Below are positions 1 through 13,092 of a stretch of DNA of 64,000 nucleotides, piece by piece. The notes under the pieces were generated by a model, which saw nothing but the letters and a program-made list of their open reading frames with translations, made no database searches and had not been told where the DNA came from. The stretch's first letter is position 1. Every line of letters begins with the position of its first letter. The stretch lies in NCBI GenBank assembly GCA_951406725.2, contig OX597820.1:115568001-115632000 (forward strand), read 5' to 3'. Both the position numbers and the translations under genes were made by a program. The stretch comes from Octopus vulgaris. Taxonomy: Eukaryota.

Positions 1-992
1 AATTTATATCATATCCAGAATATTCTGTTAAACCTGTTTTTTTTTTTAAATTATTTCTGTTCATAACTGTTTTGTTTCTTAAAGTTTTTATTTTCGTTTC
101 TCAAATTAATTCATTTACTTAAAAAACTAATATGATTTTCTTGTTAGGTTTTCTTGTTAGTCAAAGAAATCCTCATACATATATTTATTGATGGGTTAAC
201 CTATTTCTAACCAATAGTTAACTTATTAACCAATAGTTAATACATTGATAAGGATCACTCTCACACTGTAACCTATTCTATATTACTTCAATGTTACAGT
301 GAAACCTTATTTTTCTGGTCACATATTTCTGCATGAATTTCTTCATTGTGGTAATCTATGATGTTTATTATTATTATTATTAGTAGTAATTGTTTTAATA
401 TCTTTACAGTCTACGTAAAGTCCATTTATAAGTATACAGGTTTAAAATTATTCACATAAGTGAAAAGAAAAAAATAAGAAAATCTCCCATCCACCCTTTT
501 CCCCTGCCTACTATTCCTGGGTGGGTTGTTGGGAGTGGAGTCCTCAGGTACTTCTACCATGGGACCTCTTAGAAACAATCCTCGTTACACTTTCTAGCTG
601 GATTCCCAAGCATGATCACCTGAGACTAGGGATGTCATCCAACCATTCATGCTCTGCATATTTTGTCAGCATAAGTAAAGCCTACTTTGTCAATATGAAA
701 TACATTGAACTCTCAGAAATACTTGATATTTATGGTGGGTATCTTTCTGTTTTATCTTCTATTTGCTTCAGTCATTCGTCTGTGACCATGCTGGGGCACC
801 ACACTGAAGAATTTTAGTCAAATGAATTCAATCCAGTACTTATATCTTTCATTAAAGCCTGGTACTTATCCTATCAACCTCTTGCCGAAACACTGACTTA
901 CAGGGATGTAAACACACCAACACTGGTTGTCAAGCAGTAGTGGCAGACAATTGCAGATACAAAGACACACACACACACACATATATACACAT

Positions 993-1155
993 ATATATAA
1001 TTGTTAAAGAGGACAACAAACTTTAAGGCAAGGCAAACATCTCAAGTCATATTCAACATTATTACAGGAAGAAATTCTCTGTGTAATAATAATATATATG
1101 ACTTGAGATGTTTGCCTCGCCTTAATGTCTGTTGTCCTCTTTAGAAATTATATAT
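993..1155. repeat. Long inverted repeat (fold-back element) nested in the microsatellite of a SINE
   Basis: aaagaggacaacaaactttaaggcaaggcaaacatctcaagtcatat ... atatgacttgagatgtttgcctcgccttaatgtctgttgtcctcttt. Confidence 0.8.
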
Positions 1156-1530
1156 CCACTATATCGGAAATCTGCAATGGCTCCATAACTACTGTCTCAG
1201 CTATAACTTTGAAGCCCTTGTAATCCATTACAGCACTTATCTAGTATACCTAGTCTTTTATATCACTTGTGAGATAAAACCCCATACTTTGTGTGTGTAT
1301 ATATATATATGATGGGGGTTCTTTCAGTTTCTGTCTACCAAATCCACTCACAAGGCTTTGGTCAGCTTGAGGCTATAGTAGAAGACACTTGCTCAAGGTG
1401 CCATGCAATGGAACTGAACCCAAAACCATGTGGTTGGGAAGCAAACTTCTTACCACACAACCACACTATCTATATATCATAAATGTAGCATATCGCCTTA
1501 ATGGTTCATATCCATTTAGAAGTAGTAGAT

Positions 1531-2046
1531 TGTGATATTTGTAGTGACGGCATTTTCCAGTGTGCGCACACGCAACGTCATTCTTCAGTGTGCGTGTGCA
1601 GAATGTCATTCTTCAGTGTGCGTGTGCGGGGCTGGAACCTTTCTGGAAAGGCCTAAGGAAGTTCCCTCATGCACATGCGCAAGAGACTGGGGAAGAAAAT
1701 TCTATCGCGTTCCTTGTTTAGCGTCGTCGATTTGAGACATGGCTATTGAAGCGAAAGGACGTGTTAAACGTGTGATCAGCCATTCTCCTGTCCCAGACAC
1801 TTAGAATTTGACCTGCTCTGTTGCTGCTGAATTTGTTGTAAGAATCTTACAAATGTTAAAATTCAGCTTTGCTATATCGAACCAAGTGGATACCAATATA
1901 CCAACGTACTTCTTTTGTAAATAAGAAATAAAGAGAATATATATTTTTAAGGTTGCGTTCTTGTTCCTGACTGGTAGATTCTGGAAATTGAAGCAAGGAA
2001 ATTGGTTGCGCCTGAACAGTGTAAAGAATTAACCAGTTCCATTACA
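1531..2046 (+). mobile_element. Probable solo LTR
   Basis: tgtgat...attaca termini (TG..CA), internal short tandem repeats, CpG-rich, AATAAA near 1928; no clear TSD. Confidence 0.5.
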
Positions 2047-2161
2047 TATTCATTAAAGAATCAGTTAGACAAAATGCCTTGCAGCATTGGTTCTGAGTTC
2101 AAATCTCATTGAGGTCAACTTTATTTTTCATCCTTCTGAGGTCAATAAAATAAATTCCCAG

Positions 2162-2307
2162 TACTAGCATAGCTAGACGGTGTACCACCTGGGGCAATCC
2201 TTCCATTTGCCATCCCTGGACCTCAGAAAACACACATATTGCCTACAGCAGACCCAAAAGTGCTGCCCAGGCAGACCACCCCAACTGCCCCCTTAGTTAC
2301 ACTAGTG
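2162..2307. mobile_element. hAT-type MITE (family 1)
   Basis: TIRs tactagcatagcta / tagttacactagtg; 8-bp TSD attcccag at 2154 and 2308. Confidence 0.85.
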
Positions 2308-2764
2308 ATTCCCAGTCCACAGTAGTGGAATGGTGATGAAATTGTGAAAGTGTCAGGAAAAATAGCTTGCAGTATTGGTTCTAGTTCTTTATGTTCACAG
2401 TTCAAATCCCACTGAAATCAGATTTATCTTTCATTGTTCTGGGGTCAGTGAAATACAGAAAACTAGAATGGTTGCAGCAATTTTGTTGGACAAAACACCT
2501 TTTGATTTTGACTTCAACTCAGAAGGTGCAGGTGTGGCTGTGTGGTAAGAAGCTTCTTTCCCAACCACATGGTTCCAGGTTCACTCCCACCATGTAGCAC
2601 CTTGGGTAAGTGATTTCTACTATGGCTTCTGGCTGACCAAAGCCTTGTGAGTGGATTTGGTAGCTTGTCAAGTGTGTGTGTGTGTGTGTGTTTGTATCTG
2701 TGTTTGTTTCCCATCACTGCTTGACAACTGGTGTTGGTGTGTTTATGTCCCTGTAACTTAGAGG

Positions 2765-3425
2765 CAGTGGTGACTCATGTATAGGCACTGCAGAACTGCA
2801 GCACGCCCTATTTCCACTCAATATTATCGATAACATTTAATATAATGAGTCCTTTTTTTTCCTTTAATTCTTTCTTTATACTTGTACATTATATAATCCT
2901 TAAGCTTAATGTTAGTAGCCATCCCCTAGTTTATGAAAAAATGCAAAAATCCTTGTATAGAACTGTGCACTCCACAGTTCCAGCAATGTTGTGTTTGGCT
3001 GTTGTGCGTATGCTTACATGTCTGAGATAGGAAGCTTCATGCTAGGGAGGGAGAGCACTGCATGAACAACAGTGCCAACTGGTGTTCCGGTGAAAGGTAC
3101 TGTTTCTTTTTGACTCTGTCTGTGTTGTGCTTAAAAACATGTTTATATTCTTGAATGTGATAAAGTGTTTTTGGATAAAATACCTTTTGCTGTCAGGATT
3201 TAAAAAATAGGACACATTTCCCCATCTTATTTTGTGATTTAGGGGAGATTTTTTGAAAAACAAGGGGGAATTCGCGGCAGTATTCAGCGACTAAAACGCA
3301 AACTGATCAAGTTTATTTATAAATTTTCTTTTTATATATTTGTTTCCTTTTACACAATATTAAAACGACTGCTAAAAATTTTCTGAAGTAGCACCCCCAG
3401 TAATTTTATATACGAGCTGCCACTT
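2765..3425. mobile_element. Non-autonomous hAT transposon inserted in a SINE
   Basis: TIR cagtggtgactc / gagctgccactt; perfect 8-bp TSD cttagagg (2757-2764, 3426-3433); the SINE resumes in register. Confidence 0.85.
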
Positions 3426-4036
3426 CTTAGAGGTTCAGCAAGAGAGAACTGATAAAATAAATACCAGGCTTAAAATATGAAAATAAGTACACAAAAGTGG
3501 TGCCCCAGTATGGCCTCAGTCTAACAACTAAAATAAGCAAAAGGTAAAAATGAAAAAGGTAGGTTGTATTGCTTATTGCTTTACTCTTGGACAACATCAG
3601 TGGCATAAAGAGGAGGAGGAGGAGAGTTGGTGCATGGGCAACTGTTGGCCTTCCACAAAACACCTTACTGTGACCAGTGCCTTAGAGAGGAACTTTTCAG
3701 ATGTAGGTACATATTTATCAATAACCTCCAAGTGTAGATATCGTATATTTTGGGTATGAGATCAGTTTAGATCAGTTTGAATATCTAAATGATTTATATT
3801 GTGCCTGCTATAAAGCTTGTTACACCTATTTTGCTATGGTACCCTCCTTTCCACATGAGAAATCTAACACAAGGTTAATTTTTAAAGAAGAAAGATGTAT
3901 ATCATGTACCCATGTATATTACTGGTAGTATTTTATCATCACCAAAGGGGATGAAGTGTTTAAAAAACCTGGCAGGTCAAAACTACCTTTTTCATGTAAG
4001 AAATGAAGATTAAAAAACTATTACCCTCTAGAGCTA

Positions 4037-4322
<286 letters not shown>

Positions 4323-4947
4323 TATTTGCTGAGAGGAAAGAGTTATGCTCCTGATCTTTGCAAACCCTCTAAAACTTGTTGCCATTGATGTGATTTGTAT
4401 TCAGTTTGAACATCTGTAAATCCATCAGTGATGGATTATTGGGCCACACCGTTTGGTGAGGGGGTAGGGGAGTTTGGTTGGTGAAATAGAGTAACAGGGA
4501 AAGCATGTGTGTTGGGTAAATTTGGGTGGAGTTGGTACAGAGTGAGTTTGTTCAGAAGAGCCTAGGCCCTTGTTGTATGGAAAAGAATAGGCAAGGAGAT
4601 GATACAGCACTTCTGTAGCTAAAAATTGTTGAGTTGTTGATGGGTGAATATTTGGTCATTCATCTGAATAACCTCCTTTTGAATGAATGCAATCAAAGTT
4701 GTGTGCGTGTGTGTGTGGCAGAGGTGGGTGCAGTACCCCATTGTGCATTTTATTTAGTCTTTTTCAAAGGTCATTACTTGTTTCTGGACCTTGAAGAAAA
4801 AGGCTTGTCTTTAGGATGTATTTTTAGTGGGTGCAAAACATTTTGGCACAGCTGTTTCGGTACAACCTATTGTTGATTTAACATTGACTTCTTTGACATA
4901 AGTCATGTTTCTCTCTGAGCATATTTCTTTTTTATGTGTTTGAAGTT

Positions 4948-5062
4948 GAGAGAAAGTGTTTATGTCAATTGTGATCAATTAATAAATTGTAATCTCTCTC
5001 TCTCTCCCTCTCTCCCTTCCTATGTCTCCTTGCTCTCTCTCTCTCCTCCCTTTGTCTGTCTG

Positions 5063-5097
<35 letters not shown>

Positions 5098-5260
5098 TGT
5101 CAGCATGTTTCTTTCTTATGTGAAGATGAAGAGAGGGAAAGAGTTTATGTCAATCACATTCAATTGATAAATTGTAATGTCTCTCTCTCTTTCTCCCTCT
5201 CTCTCTCTTACCCATTCTCTCTCTCTCCCCTCTCTACCCCCCTCTCTCTCACTCTTCCTA
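4948..5260. repeat. ~185-bp tandem duplication with (CT)n tracts
   Basis: gaaag(t/a)gtttatgtcaat...aatt(a/g)ataaattgtaat(g)tctctctc at ~4952 and ~5137. Confidence 0.75.
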
Positions 5261-5513
5261 TCTGTACATGTATATTTCTCTAGTACCAAAATAGACTGAA
5301 TGTCCAATCATTCATGTCCCATCTCTCACTGTCCAAACAGCTGTGCTCGGTCATCTCATTCCAGTTTTTTGTCATGTCTGCAGTCATCAGGGAAGATTAA
5401 TGGAACCACTTTGAGAGTTTGTGTTTTGTCCAAGATCAGGAAAAATTATGTATAAGATTCTTTCCTTGATATAACCAGTGATTGTATCATGGCATCTAAG
5501 TTGTTGGAATAAA

Positions 5514-5708
5514 CCCATTAACATTCAGATTTTTCTGTCATCTATAATCCTTATTTATTCACATGGTTTTGAATCTCATAGCTTCAAAATTTCGATAAAG
5601 TAAATGACATTGTAGGGTAGGTGTGAGAGACCAAATTTAGTTATTTTGAACACAAAACAAGTAGAATATTTAGGTTGGACATGGCTGGTTTAAAAACTAA
5701 AAGATTAA
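5514..5708. mobile_element. piggyBac-like (TTAA) MITE; related fragments at ~32689-32760 and ~37484-37570
   Basis: cccattaacattcaga ... tttaaaaactaaaagattaa; similar sequence at two other loci. Confidence 0.55.
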
Positions 5709-5863
5709 ATGTTACAAATGAAAATAACTTTAATAAGCTGTAATTATAATACCGAATTCAGTTCTTAGTAACCTTTCTGCTTTAATTTATTTACATCAAG
5801 CATAATAGTTTTTATAATTCAATTTGAATTCTCTTCAAATATCTTCTTCCATCTATATTAGAA

Positions 5864-6419
5864 CTAGCTGTTGGACCCAGCGTTGCATGTGTTTTCCGTG
5901 TTGAAGTTAAGCCCATCTCTGACTTGTAATGAAATCTATGTCCCCCGTGCCAACTATTACCCATTAAGATGTTATATCTGGTTTGGCAGGGGTGTTGCAG
6001 AATGAGTAGGTGTGTGGTAGATGGAGGGAAAATGGTCAGAGCAGGCAACAGAGTTTTGTTGATGGAGCAGAGTTTTTGCAGCCAACAATGATGTGTTCAA
6101 TGGTGCAGAGGACACAAATGTAAATAAGCATTTCTTTAGAGACTATTCTATCGATTTTACACATGAAAAATGCAAAAAGCTGCTGGAAAAATAACATTGT
6201 TATGGGAATTTCCATTCAGATGCCCGATTGAGCTCACAAAAATCAATGCCAACTAAGTATTATTGAGTTTTCAAAAAATTCCAACCTTATTTGAACTTTA
6301 GGGCATGTAATCTACCTATGTGCCAAAAATCATTAAAATTGGTTGAACGGTGTGGGAGAAGTTAGAATTAACCCAAACACACACACAGACAGACACCATT
6401 ACACATTTATGTATATAGA
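5864..6419 (-). mobile_element. Non-autonomous Helitron
   Basis: Minus strand starts a|TCTATATAC..., then a (GTCT/GT)n tract, and ends gcaacgctgggtccaacagCTAG|t; A-T target, no TSD. Confidence 0.8.
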
Positions 6420-6905
6420 TTCCTCACACAAACATTTTGTTTGAAATCTTTGTTTTTTGTATAATTTTAATGCATATATTGTTATAGAAGATTGTTTCTG
6501 TTAATGTCCCAAACCATTCTGATATATGTATTAATTCCTGTTTTTTTATTGTCTTTTTTTTCCCACCTTAAATACTTGTCTGATTTGTAAAGCAGTTGTT
6601 TCCTCCTCCAGTATTAGCTTTAAACTATTTCAATCTGTGTTGATGGTTGTTCAGTTGTTGTGTATAACATTGGTTGGTCCTTAGCTTCATTTCTTGTTCA
6701 CCTGACTAACTCACCACTGATTCCTGCCTTAAACCTTCCTTTATTCTTGCCAATCATCTGTTACTTCATGTATTCCCTGTAGAAATGCTTGTTTTTTTTT
6801 CATTTCCAATTTGTTTCTAGTTTTTCATTTTTTTTTTTTTATTGGTGTTCCGTTGGTTTGAGTTCCTTCAATGTAAATGTAATGAGAAAGGTTTGCATAA
6901 AAAAT

Positions 6906-6907
<2 letters not shown>

Positions 6908-6960
<53 letters not shown>

Positions 6961-7023
6961 CCGTCGTCGTCATCATCATCATTATCATCATAATCATCAT
7001 TATCACCACCACCACCACCATCA
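6908..7023. repeat. (CAT)n compound microsatellite
   Basis: Direct reading. Confidence 0.97.
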
Positions 7024-8197
7024 TTGTCATGTGTTTGACAATTTGATGGGATCCAACAGGTCTGAAGACTGCATCATACTGCAGTGTCTGTTTTGGAATG
7101 GTTTATATGGCTGAATGCCCTCCTTAATGGCAACCACTTTACAGCATGTAGCTGGGGTGGGGTGGGAGGCTCTTTTGCGTGGCATCAACACTAGGTCACT
7201 GAGGTCACCATGCGGCATGCAAGACTAAGAACTGGAGAACAGAAAGTGTATCTAAGAGAGATGGTTAGAGTTAGAGAATGAATGAAAGGGGGAATATTAG
7301 GAACAAGTGTGGGGGAGGTAGAGAAGAGGGAGGAATAGGTGAGAATTGTAGCAACTGGGTAGGGTTGAGGGAGGGTTATGGGGTGGCCAATGAGAGAGGA
7401 GTCGGGGGAGGTAGGGTGAGGAGATGACTGACTGAAGGAAAAGGAATGGGACGATGAAGAACTAGAATAGCAATAATAATAATTATTATTCTTTCAAATT
7501 TTTGCCACATGGGCAGATTGGGGGAGGGGATAAAGTCGATTACATTGACCCCAGTGTGTAACTGGTTCTTATTTAATCAACCCTGAAAGAATGAAAGGCA
7601 AAGTCAACCCCGGCAGAATTTGAACTCAGAACATAAAGACAGGCAAAATACCACTAAGCATTTCACTTGGCATGCTAATGATTCTGCCACCTCGCTATCT
7701 TAGCAATAATAATAATAATAATCCTTTCTACTATAGGCACACAGCCTGGATTTTGTGGGGAGGGGGACAGTTGATCACATCAACCCCAGTATTTAACTAG
7801 TACTTAATTTATTGACCCCCGAAAGGATGAAAGACAAAGTTGCTCTTGGTGGAATTTGGACTCAGAACCGTAGTGGCAGACGAAATACTGCTAAGCATTT
7901 TGCCTGGCATGCTAACGATTCTGCCAGTTCTTTTCTACTCTAGGCACAAGGCCCGAAATTTGGAGGAGAGGCAGTCGATTAGATCGATGCCAGTATGAAA
8001 CTGGTACTTAATTTATCGACCCTGAAAGAATGAAAGGCAATGTTGACCTCGGTGGAATTTGAACTGGTGAAATACTGCTAAGCATTTCACCCAGCGTGCT
8101 AATGATTCTGCCAGCTTGCCGTCTAATTAAATGATAATAATAATAATAATAATTAATTCTTTTATTGGCCACAAGGGTAATAATAATAATAATAATA

Positions 8198-8698
8198 AAT
8201 GCCCTGATGCAGTACCAGGCAATGGCTCTCGTAGCTTCTGATTGGAAATGTTATCATGTACATTGTTTTGTCTTGGTATAAAAGATGGGCTACAGTAAAT
8301 ATTCTGCTCAATACCACAGATTTGCTTGTCAGTTGTTTGACCTTAATCAGTTGAGCATGTCCCTCAGTGGCTGACGATATGTGCATCTCTGATCACGAGC
8401 AGAAGTAGTGGAGGAGCATCATAGCCATGTGTTGAGAGGGATTCTTTGTGGTTTGGATAAATCACCTTTGGAAACATGGGTGATTCGTTCAACATCCTTA
8501 AACAATCCTTATTCAGGGACCTTTTGAGTGGGATTGGCTACTCGACCAGAAGAAACTTCTAACTGGGCCCCACCTGCAAGGTCATGTGCTGTTCATCTTG
8601 ATATGAGATCACCATGTCACGCACATATGGTTGTACCCTTATCAGGCAGGTAGTCATGATGAGTATACTGGGCTTCGTATACTTTACCCCAGTGTCAC
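8198..8698. mobile_element. Unclassified interspersed repeat (retroposon-like) flanked by (AAT)n
   Basis: GC-richer 500-bp block between SINE fragments; family not recognised. Confidence 0.35.
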
Positions 8699-8745
8699 TT
8701 ATTTAATCGACCCCAAAAGGATGAAAGGCAAAGTCGACCTCAGCG

Positions 8746-8795
<50 letters not shown>

Positions 8796-9283
8796 GTGTG
8801 GACAGAGTAAGAAAGAGAGAGTATGGATGAAAGGAGGAGAAGGAGATAACATGTGGTTGGGTAGGTTGTGAGAGTGTGGAGGGAAATGTAGGGAGTGGGG
8901 GAGACATATGGTGGTGGAGGAGAGGTGATCACTGTGGATGGGGAGGAGAGTTTTACATTTTTCTTTTTAGCTTCTATTTGTCTCAGTCGTTTCACTGCTG
9001 CCATGCTGGAGCATCACCTTGAAGGGTTTTAGTCAAATGAATTGACTCCAGTCCCCTTTTTATTTTTAAAGCCTGGTACTTATTCCATCATTTTTTTGAT
9101 GAACAGTTGTCACAGGGACGTAAACAAACCAACACTGGTTTTCAAAGTAGTAGAGAACGAACACATACATAGATATATCAATACACACACACACACACAA
9201 AGTTTCCATCTGCCAAATCCATTTACAAAGCTTTGGTCAAACTAGATCTATAGCAGGAAACACTTACTCAAGGTGCTATGCTG

Positions 9284-9358
9284 TATATGTGTGTGTGTGT
9301 GTGTGTGTATATGTATATATATATATATATATGCATATGTGTATGTATATATATGTTT

Positions 9359-9409
<51 letters not shown>

Positions 9410-9530
9410 TATAAACTTATATATATACATACACATATATATGTATGTGTTTGTGTGTGTATATATACGTGTATGTATATGTATATGTATTTATACATAC
9501 ACACACACACACACATATATATGTATATGT
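9284..9530. repeat. (TG)/(TA) compound microsatellite
   Basis: Direct reading. Confidence 0.95.
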
Positions 9531-9959
9531 TGGTGTGGTGTGGTTGTTTGGTTAAGAAGTTTGCTTCTCAACTCATGGTCTTGGGCAAGCGTCTTCTACA
9601 ATAATCCTAGACTAAAGTTTTTTTGTGAGTGGATATGGTAGGCAGAAACTGAAAGAAGTACATTATATATATGTGTGTGTTTGTGTGAGCGTGTAGATTT
9701 GTGCCTTGATATCACATAATGAGATTTAAATGAGTTTCATCGTCATGTTAGTGAGATTATTCATTTCCAGTCATCTGTGGAAAACATGTCTGTCAATGGG
9801 AAAATATTAGGTTACCTTGAAACAATTGAGTGTTGGCAACAGGAAGGGCATCCAGCCATCAAAAAATCTGCCCCACCAATTTTGATGATGATACACATGC
9901 ACACACATATAAACACATAAATGCAGACATAACCTCACACATCTTTACATATATATACA

Positions 9960-9994
<35 letters not shown>

Positions 9995-9998
<4 letters not shown>

Positions 9999-10354
9999 AT
10001 AAATATTAGGGAATAAATCCAAATTTACAGGGAAAAAATCAGATTTAGGATTAAATCCAATTTTATAGTAAAATATTATATAATATTAATCGAGACAAAA
10101 CCACTATTTTGCAAAACAAACAAGGAAAGACTTAATCAATACATAAAAATGTTTAATATAAAGAAATAAACCGCCACTACAATCGTTTCATGTCTTCAAT
10201 GACATTCGTCAGCTGGATTTTCATAAATTAAAACAGATTAGGAGATCGAAAATCCACCTGACGAATGTCATATATTGTAGTGGGTTTATTTTTATATAAA
10301 ATTTTTATGTATTGATTAAGTCTTGCCTTGTTTGTTTTATGGTTTTGTCTCGAA

Positions 10355-10360
<6 letters not shown>
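9995..10360. mobile_element. Second fold-back element (probably Penelope-like) inserted in (TA)n, carrying a hammerhead motif
   Basis: Inverted arms ~10085-10222 and ~10248-10360; HHR core at the inner end of both arms; (TA)n on both sides. Confidence 0.65.
10174..10216 (-). ncRNA. Type-I hammerhead ribozyme motif with GUA triplet
   Basis: Minus strand: ccag CTGACGA atgtc attgaa gacat GAAA c gatt g TA gtgg. The plus-arm paralog has ccac (perfect stem I) but lacks the 3' half of stem II and GAAA. Confidence 0.65.
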
Positions 10361-10394
<34 letters not shown>

Positions 10395-10416
10395 ATATAC
10401 ATGTATGTTTTTTTTT

Positions 10417-10469
<53 letters not shown>

Positions 10470-11660
10470 GTATCAATTTGAAAGGGACAAGTTCCAAGGT
10501 CAATAATACTCCTCATCAAAGCTGACACATATCTAAACACAGAGGGCATATACAAGCCATTACAAGCATGCAAACGCATAACATACAAAAACATATAATA
10601 GTGTAATTCCTTGCCCAAATCAAAGTCGGATGAGTAATTGCATAAATACATACAGATAAATTAAGAAGTCCGAGCTGATGAGATAACAGTTCACAATAAT
10701 CCAAAAAGAGAAATCCTCAAATGAATCCAATAAATAGAAATAATATTATGGCCATTTCCAAGAATGTATATATCTCACTACAACAGAATTGAGATCCTAA
10801 CACCAAGGTGCCTCATGAAAAGCAGTGGCACTGGTGCCATGTAAAAAGCATCTGTGATGGTGCTGTATTAAAAGCACCTTGTATATCTGGAGTGGTTGGC
10901 ATTAGGAAGGGCATCCAGCCATAGAAACGAAGCCAAAACTGAGTATGGAACCTGGTGCTGCCCCTGGCCTTACCAGTTCTTGTCAATCAGTCTAACCCAT
11001 GCCAGCATGGAAAATGTATGCTAAATGATGATGATGATGATGATATATATATATATATATATCATCATCATCATCATCATCATCGTTTAACGTCCGTTCT
11101 CCATGCTAGCATGGGTTGGACGGTTCAACTGAGATCTGGGAAGCCAGAAGGCTGCACCAGGCCCAGCCTGATCTGGCAGTGTTTCTACAGCTGGATGCCC
11201 TTCCTAATGCCAACCACTCCATGAGTGTAGTGGGTGCTTTTTACGTGCCACCAGCACAGGTCCCAGACGAAGCTGGCAATGGCCACGGTCGGATGGTGCT
11301 TTTTACGTGCCACCGGCACGGAAGCCAGTCAGGGCGGCGCTGGCTACGGCCACGTATATATATATATACTCTAGCGGGTTCAAATGTGGAGGCACATGGC
11401 TTAGTGGTTAGGGTTTTGGATTCATAATCATAAGATTGTGGTTTCAATTCTTAGACCAACTGTTGCATTGTGTTCTTGTGCAAAACACTTCACTTCACTT
11501 TGCTCCAGTTCACTCAACTAGCAAAAATGAGTAATCCTGCGATGGACTATCATCTCATCTGGTGGGGTGTATATATACACCATGCAAACCGAGAAACTGA
11601 GCCTTACGAGTTGGCACAACTCCAGAAGGTAGCTTTACTTTTACTTTACCTTTAACAGGT

Positions 11661-12013
11661 TTGAATATGCCTCAAGCATATTTGAACAGGTAACAAGTGT
11701 GTATTCATACACACCACTACTCAGTACTGTCACCCTGTATTTTATTTCGGGTGAGCCACTGATTAACATTACCACCTTGTCTGGTTTCTGTAGCTGAAGA
11801 GGAAATAACTACTCTGAAATCCTTGTATCAGCACTTTGGTCTGGTGGTACTGCAGGCTGATTTGATGTATTTATACTTATTTGTCAACATCAAGAAATTT
11901 TCTCTCTCGCAAAACACAGTCAATGGTTTTTTTTATGCGCTTGAATAGGCCTCATACATATTTAAACTGGTAACAAGTTTGTATTTATACACATCACTGC
12001 TTAGCATTATCAC

Positions 12014-12015
<2 letters not shown>
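11661..12015 (+). repeat. 280-nt-period element: 75-bp ungapped direct repeats flanking a hammerhead-like core
   Basis: 11661-11735 vs 11941-12015, 62/75 identical by hand count; CTGAAGA 11794-11800 and GAAA 11816-11819 between them. Confidence 0.6.
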
Positions 12016-12051
<36 letters not shown>

Positions 12052-12179
12052 ATAATAAATCAAATGAAGAAAAACACAATTCCTTCAAATGGATGTAAAA
12101 CATCCAATTCACTGATACAGCTGTTGAATACTTCAGATAAAAGTGTATAATTATAATATACAAATATTGTGTATACACA

Positions 12180-12245
<66 letters not shown>

Positions 12246-12261
12246 TACACATGTACATATA

Positions 12262-12477
12262 CGAGGGGTTACTGAAAAGTTTCTGGCTTTGAATAAAAGA
12301 AAATACAGGAGAATCAGTTAATTATGATTTTATTCAACATATTCCCCTCTCAGATTCACACACTTATTGTAGCAGCCCTTCAGGTTTGCTAAACCCTGTA
12401 AAAGAACTCAAAAGGTTGGGCCTCCACCCAGGTCTTTCGCAATACCTTAAAGCAAGGAACTTTCCAGCACCCCATCA
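12262..12477. mobile_element. mariner-type MITE
   Basis: ta-cgaggggttactgaaaagtt ... aactttccagcaccccatca-ta. Confidence 0.75.
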
Positions 12478-12891
12478 TATATATACATATACATCATGTT
12501 CAGTATGGAAGATAGACATTAGATGATGACAGCGGTTGTGATGTTGATGATGATGACAATGATGACGACAATGATGGTGATGATGATGATGATGTTATGT
12601 ATCTGTGTGTGTGTGTGTGCATTGTGTGTGTTTATGTGTGTGTGTATATATATATATATATATAAATATCTATGTAGATAGATGTATGTATATATCTACC
12701 TTTTTTTCTCTTTCTTCTGATGAAGGATTAATGCCTAAAATGTCAAGAGTCTTTCCATCTCTCGTAGTGTTAAACTAATACAACATTTGTCAAAAATTGT
12801 TCCTTTTATATATATATATCTGCTCAGTGCCTCTCCGAAAGAGAGAGAGAGGGATATATATATATATACACGTCTTTGATTGCTAATTTAA

Positions 12892-13092
12892 CCCATTAAC
12901 TGCAAAATTAAATTTCATGGTTGATGTTAAATAACAATGTTAAGTATCTACCAAAAATTGAAATTGGTTATTTTCACCAAGACATGTTTCCTCAGTAAAC
13001 TTTGACATATCTCAATAAAAAATAGCTCCAAACATGGCATCCCTCAACAGAAGATAGATCGGGATATAAAACTGCTTTCTTCAGTTAATGGG
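12892..13092. mobile_element. piggyBac-type MITE
   Basis: ttaa-cccattaactg ... cagttaatggg-ttat. Confidence 0.7.

Noticed and set aside
410-439. 30-nt exon candidate (ctttacag|...tacag|gtttaa)
   Set aside because: Weak donor, only one open phase, no recognisable peptide.
10670-10715. CTGATGA at 10675 as a hammerhead
   Set aside because: No properly placed GAAA, stem I or UH triplet.
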